Source: Clostridiales bacterium
GTDB taxonomy: Bacteria > Bacillota > Clostridia > Oscillospirales > CAG-272
NCBI GenBank assembly: GCA_012727435.1
Contig: JAAYHB010000015.1
Span: 107,197-171,196 of the forward strand
Length of the DNA stretch: 64,000 nt
Direction: 5' to 3'
Shown here: positions 61,776 through 64,000 of the stretch, in pieces
Position numbering within the stretch: position 1 is the stretch's first letter
How the letters are laid out: each line of letters starts with the position of its first letter
The notes under the pieces: generated by a model
Databases searched by the model: none
Told to the model about the DNA's origin: nothing
Seen by the model: the letters and a program-made list of their open reading frames with translations, nothing else
Position numbers and translations under genes: made by a program

Positions 61776-64000
61776 TCATTCTATCTTCTCAAGTTTGGCG
61801 TATGACGCCATAATCTTCTTAGTCCCGACGCGGTCGAAGGCCACCTCATACAGCACATCCACCCCCATATTCCGGACCGACAGCACCTCTCCCTCTCCGA
61901 AAATGCGGTGACGCACCCTGTCGCCCTCTGTGATACCGTCGAGGTCGGCTCGATTCTGCCGCTTCACCAGCGGTTTGTTGACGGTGATGTCATTCGCCCT
62001 TACGGAGTATGAGGTCTCCGAATAATAAACCCTGCCGCCCGGCCTTCTTGCCGGGCCTTTTTTTGTGTCTGCGCGCTCGATATACTGCGGCGGTATCTCG
62101 TCAACAAACCTTGAAGGCGGATTATGCCTGGTCCCGCCGAAGAGCGTGCGGACGGTTGCATGCAGTATATACAGTTTTTCCTTGGCCCTTGTCACCGCGA
62201 CATAGGCAAGCCGTCTCTCCTCCTCAATCTCGGCTTCACCGCCATTTATCGCCTGCATTCCCGGGAATATTCCCTCCTCCATTCCGGCCAGAAAAACCAC
62301 CGGGAACTCAAGTCCCTTGGCGCTGTGGACCGTCATCAGCACCACCGCGTCGGCGGTCTCGTCGTATTTGTCGATATCCGAGACCAGCGCTATCTCCTCA
62401 AGGTAGCCCGAGAGTGTCGCGTCCTCGTTTTTGTTCTGGTATTCAATCGCGCCCGAAATCAGCTCTTCGATGTTCTCGAGCCGTTCCCTGCCCTCATCAC
62501 CCGCGGCAAGCAGCATGTCCCGGTATCCGCTTTTATCGACCACTTCTTTAATAAGGTCGGCAACCCGAAGGGTTTTGGCCGACTCGGCCAGCCTCTTTAT
62601 CAGGTTTGCAAACTCACTCAGCTGTGTTGCGGCGCGCGAGAGCTCAATATACCTTGAGGCATTTTCAATTATATCGAACATGCCGCAGCCCTCGGCCAAC
62701 GCCAGCCGCTCGATTTCCCCGATGGTCCGCTCGCCTATCTTGCGCTTCGGTTCGTTTATTATGCGTTTCAGTCTCTCCGAGTCGTTTCGGTTAATCAGAA
62801 CATTAAGGTATGCGACAATGTCGCGGATTTCCTTCCTGTCGAAAAACCTGATTGACCCTATCGTCCGGTAGGGCAGGCCGGCCTTCGCGAAGGTTTCCTC
62901 GATCACACGCGACTGGGCGTTCATGCGGTAGAGCACCGCAAAATCGCCAAAATGCCGCCCGAGCAGATGGACCTGCCGACTTATCGTCTCAACTATGAAT
63001 CTTGCCTCGTCATTTTCATTTGCCAGCTCACACACCGATACCGACTCACCGGCAGGCTTGTCGGTCCAGAGTGCTTTTCCCCGCCGCATGCGGTTGTTCG
63101 AGATGATGCTATTTGCCGCGCCGAGAATGTTCCCGGTAGAACGGTAGTTTTGCTCAAGCTTTATGACCTCCGCATCGGGGTAGTGCCGGTCAAAGCCGAG
63201 AATATTGGCAATCGTCGCCCCGCGGAAGCGGTAAATGCTCTGGTCGTCGTCCCCGACCACCATAATATTGCGGTGCATACCCGAGAGCAGCTCGGTGAGC
63301 ACGAACTGCGCTTCGTTTGTATCCTGATATTCGTCCACGCTCACATAAAGAAAGCGCGACTGGTACCTTCGCCTTACCTCTTGGTTGCCCCGCAGGAGTT
63401 TTACCGTTCTGAGTATTATGTCGTCAAAGTCAAGCGCGTTGGCGGCTTTGAGCAGGCTCTGGTATTCTTTGTATACCCGTCCTATCTGCTTTTTGCGGAA
63501 ATCGCCCTCATCTGAGTAATCCTCCGGCTCTATCAGCTTGTCCTTTGCGCGGCTTATCTCGTTCATCACGCCCCCGACCGGCAGGGTCTTCTCGTCGATA
63601 TTCAGGCGCCTCATCGCGGCGGCCAGCGCGCGCTTTGTGTCCTCGGTATCATAAATTGAAAACCCCGGCGCAAGCCCCGCCGCCTCGGGGTATGTGCGGA
63701 GGATTCTCATGCAGATCGAGTGAAACGTCCCCGCCCAGATGTCGTTTGCATACTCCTCGCCGAGCTCTGCCGCAAGCCGGCTCTTTATTTCGTTTGCGGC
63801 CTTGTTGGTAAAGGTAATCGCAAGCATACGGTAAGGCGGGCAGGGCGACTCAATGAACTCCGGCAGGATATCGGCAAGCTGTTCTCTGGGCAGCGAGGCC
63901 GCCGCCTCAAGCTGCAAGACCCGCGCCTCCGTGAGGTCCTCCGGGATTTTATCGCTCATATATGCGTTGCCGTAGCGTATAATGTAGGCAATCCGGCGCA
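61776..64000 (-). CDS. pcrA: UvrD/PcrA-type ATP-dependent DNA helicase, N-terminus beyond the right edge
   Basis: Motifs seen are ILAITFTNKAANE, VSVDEYQDTN and TVHSAKGLEF, with a C-terminal Tudor-like tail. The frame stays open from 63959 to 64000 and reads ..RRIAYIIRYGNAY(M)SDK.., the region after motif I. The ATG at 63959 is therefore internal. Confidence 0.9.
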   Translation of the reverse strand, partial: RRIAYIIRYGNAYMSDKIPEDLTEARVLQLEAAASLPREQLADILPEFIESPCPPYRMLAITFTNKAANEIKSRLAAELGEEYANDIWAGTFHSICMRILRTYPEAAGLAPGFSIYDTEDTKRALAAAMRRLNIDEKTLPVGGVMNEISRAKDKLIEPEDYSDEGDFRKKQIGRVYKEYQSLLKAANALDFDDIILRTVKLLRGNQEVRRRYQSRFLYVSVDEYQDTNEAQFVLTELLSGMHRNIMVVGDDDQSIYRFRGATIANILGFDRHYPDAEVIKLEQNYRSTGNILGAANSIISNNRMRRGKALWTDKPAGESVSVCELANENDEARFIVETISRQVHLLGRHFGDFAVLYRMNAQSRVIEETFAKAGLPYRTIGSIRFFDRKEIRDIVAYLNVLINRNDSERLKRIINEPKRKIGERTIGEIERLALAEGCGMFDIIENASRYIELSRAATQLSEFANLIKRLAESAKTLRVADLIKEVVDKSGYRDMLLAAGDEGRERLENIEELISGAIEYQNKNEDATLSGYLEEIALVSDIDKYDETADAVVLMTVHSAKGLEFPVVFLAGMEEGIFPGMQAINGGEAEIEEERRLAYVAVTRAKEKLYILHATVRTLFGGTRHNPPSRFVDEIPPQYIERADTKKGPARRPGGRVYYSETSYSVRANDITVNKPLVKRQNRADLDGITEGDRVRHRIFGEGEVLSVRNMGVDVLYEVAFDRVGTKKIMASYAKLEKIE

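Noticed and set aside
63957-63959. ATG used by the ORF track as the pcrA start
   Set aside because: The frame remains open to the window edge. The upstream residues (RRIAYIIRYGNAY) match the segment after helicase motif I, so the gene is truncated by the window.

Overview
This window is a chromosomal, mostly housekeeping segment of a fairly GC-rich Firmicute. Gene content and signals suggest Clostridia, probably an Oscillospiraceae/Ruminococcaceae-type anaerobe. The supporting signals are WhiA, Prp with an N-extended L27, a SEDS protein next to DUF4830, GGAGG Shine-Dalgarno sites and TTGACA-17-TATAAT promoters. The taxon is inference only.

I can support 57 protein-coding genes and 2 frameshifted pseudogenes:
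- Housekeeping genes: gap (partial), proS, secA, mnmA, a class A PBP, dnaE, whiA, murB, coaE, prfA, sua5/tsaC, deoC, upp, lnt, mtaB, dxs, ylxM-ffh-rpsP-KH, glpK and pcrA (partial).
- Ribosomal protein genes: rpmB, rplU-prp-rpmA and rplM-rpsI.
- A GyrA/ParC-like subunit.
- Two tandem CNNM/CorC paralogs.

I saw no rRNA, tRNA, CRISPR array, transposase, integrase or phage genes.

The points that deserve a second look are:
1. trmL is broken by a perfect 14-bp tandem duplication, immediately upstream of the overlapping mnmA.
2. An AT-rich islet sits between prfA and sua5, where prmC normally lies. It carries an SRPBCC gene and a class I methyltransferase frameshifted in a T5 run.
3. A secA-linked cluster encodes two uncharacterised polytopic membrane proteins that share a repeated motif. 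It ends with a 47-aa Asn/Gln-rich protein that falls below the ORF-track cutoff.
4. A PurL/FGAM-synthase-like protein lacks the catalytic motifs. It sits beside an AT-rich Tam-like methyltransferase.
5. A two-gene 2-hydroxyacyl-CoA-dehydratase-like plus double-activase module has no pathway partners nearby.
6. A REP-like intergenic hairpin repeat family is present. One copy supplies the last codons of lnt.
7. Several compact regulatory arrangements: a Shine-Dalgarno site buried in a terminator stem, a promoter overlapping a terminator, and an orphan terminator.

No tools were run. All homology calls are motif recognition by eye, and GC statements are qualitative.
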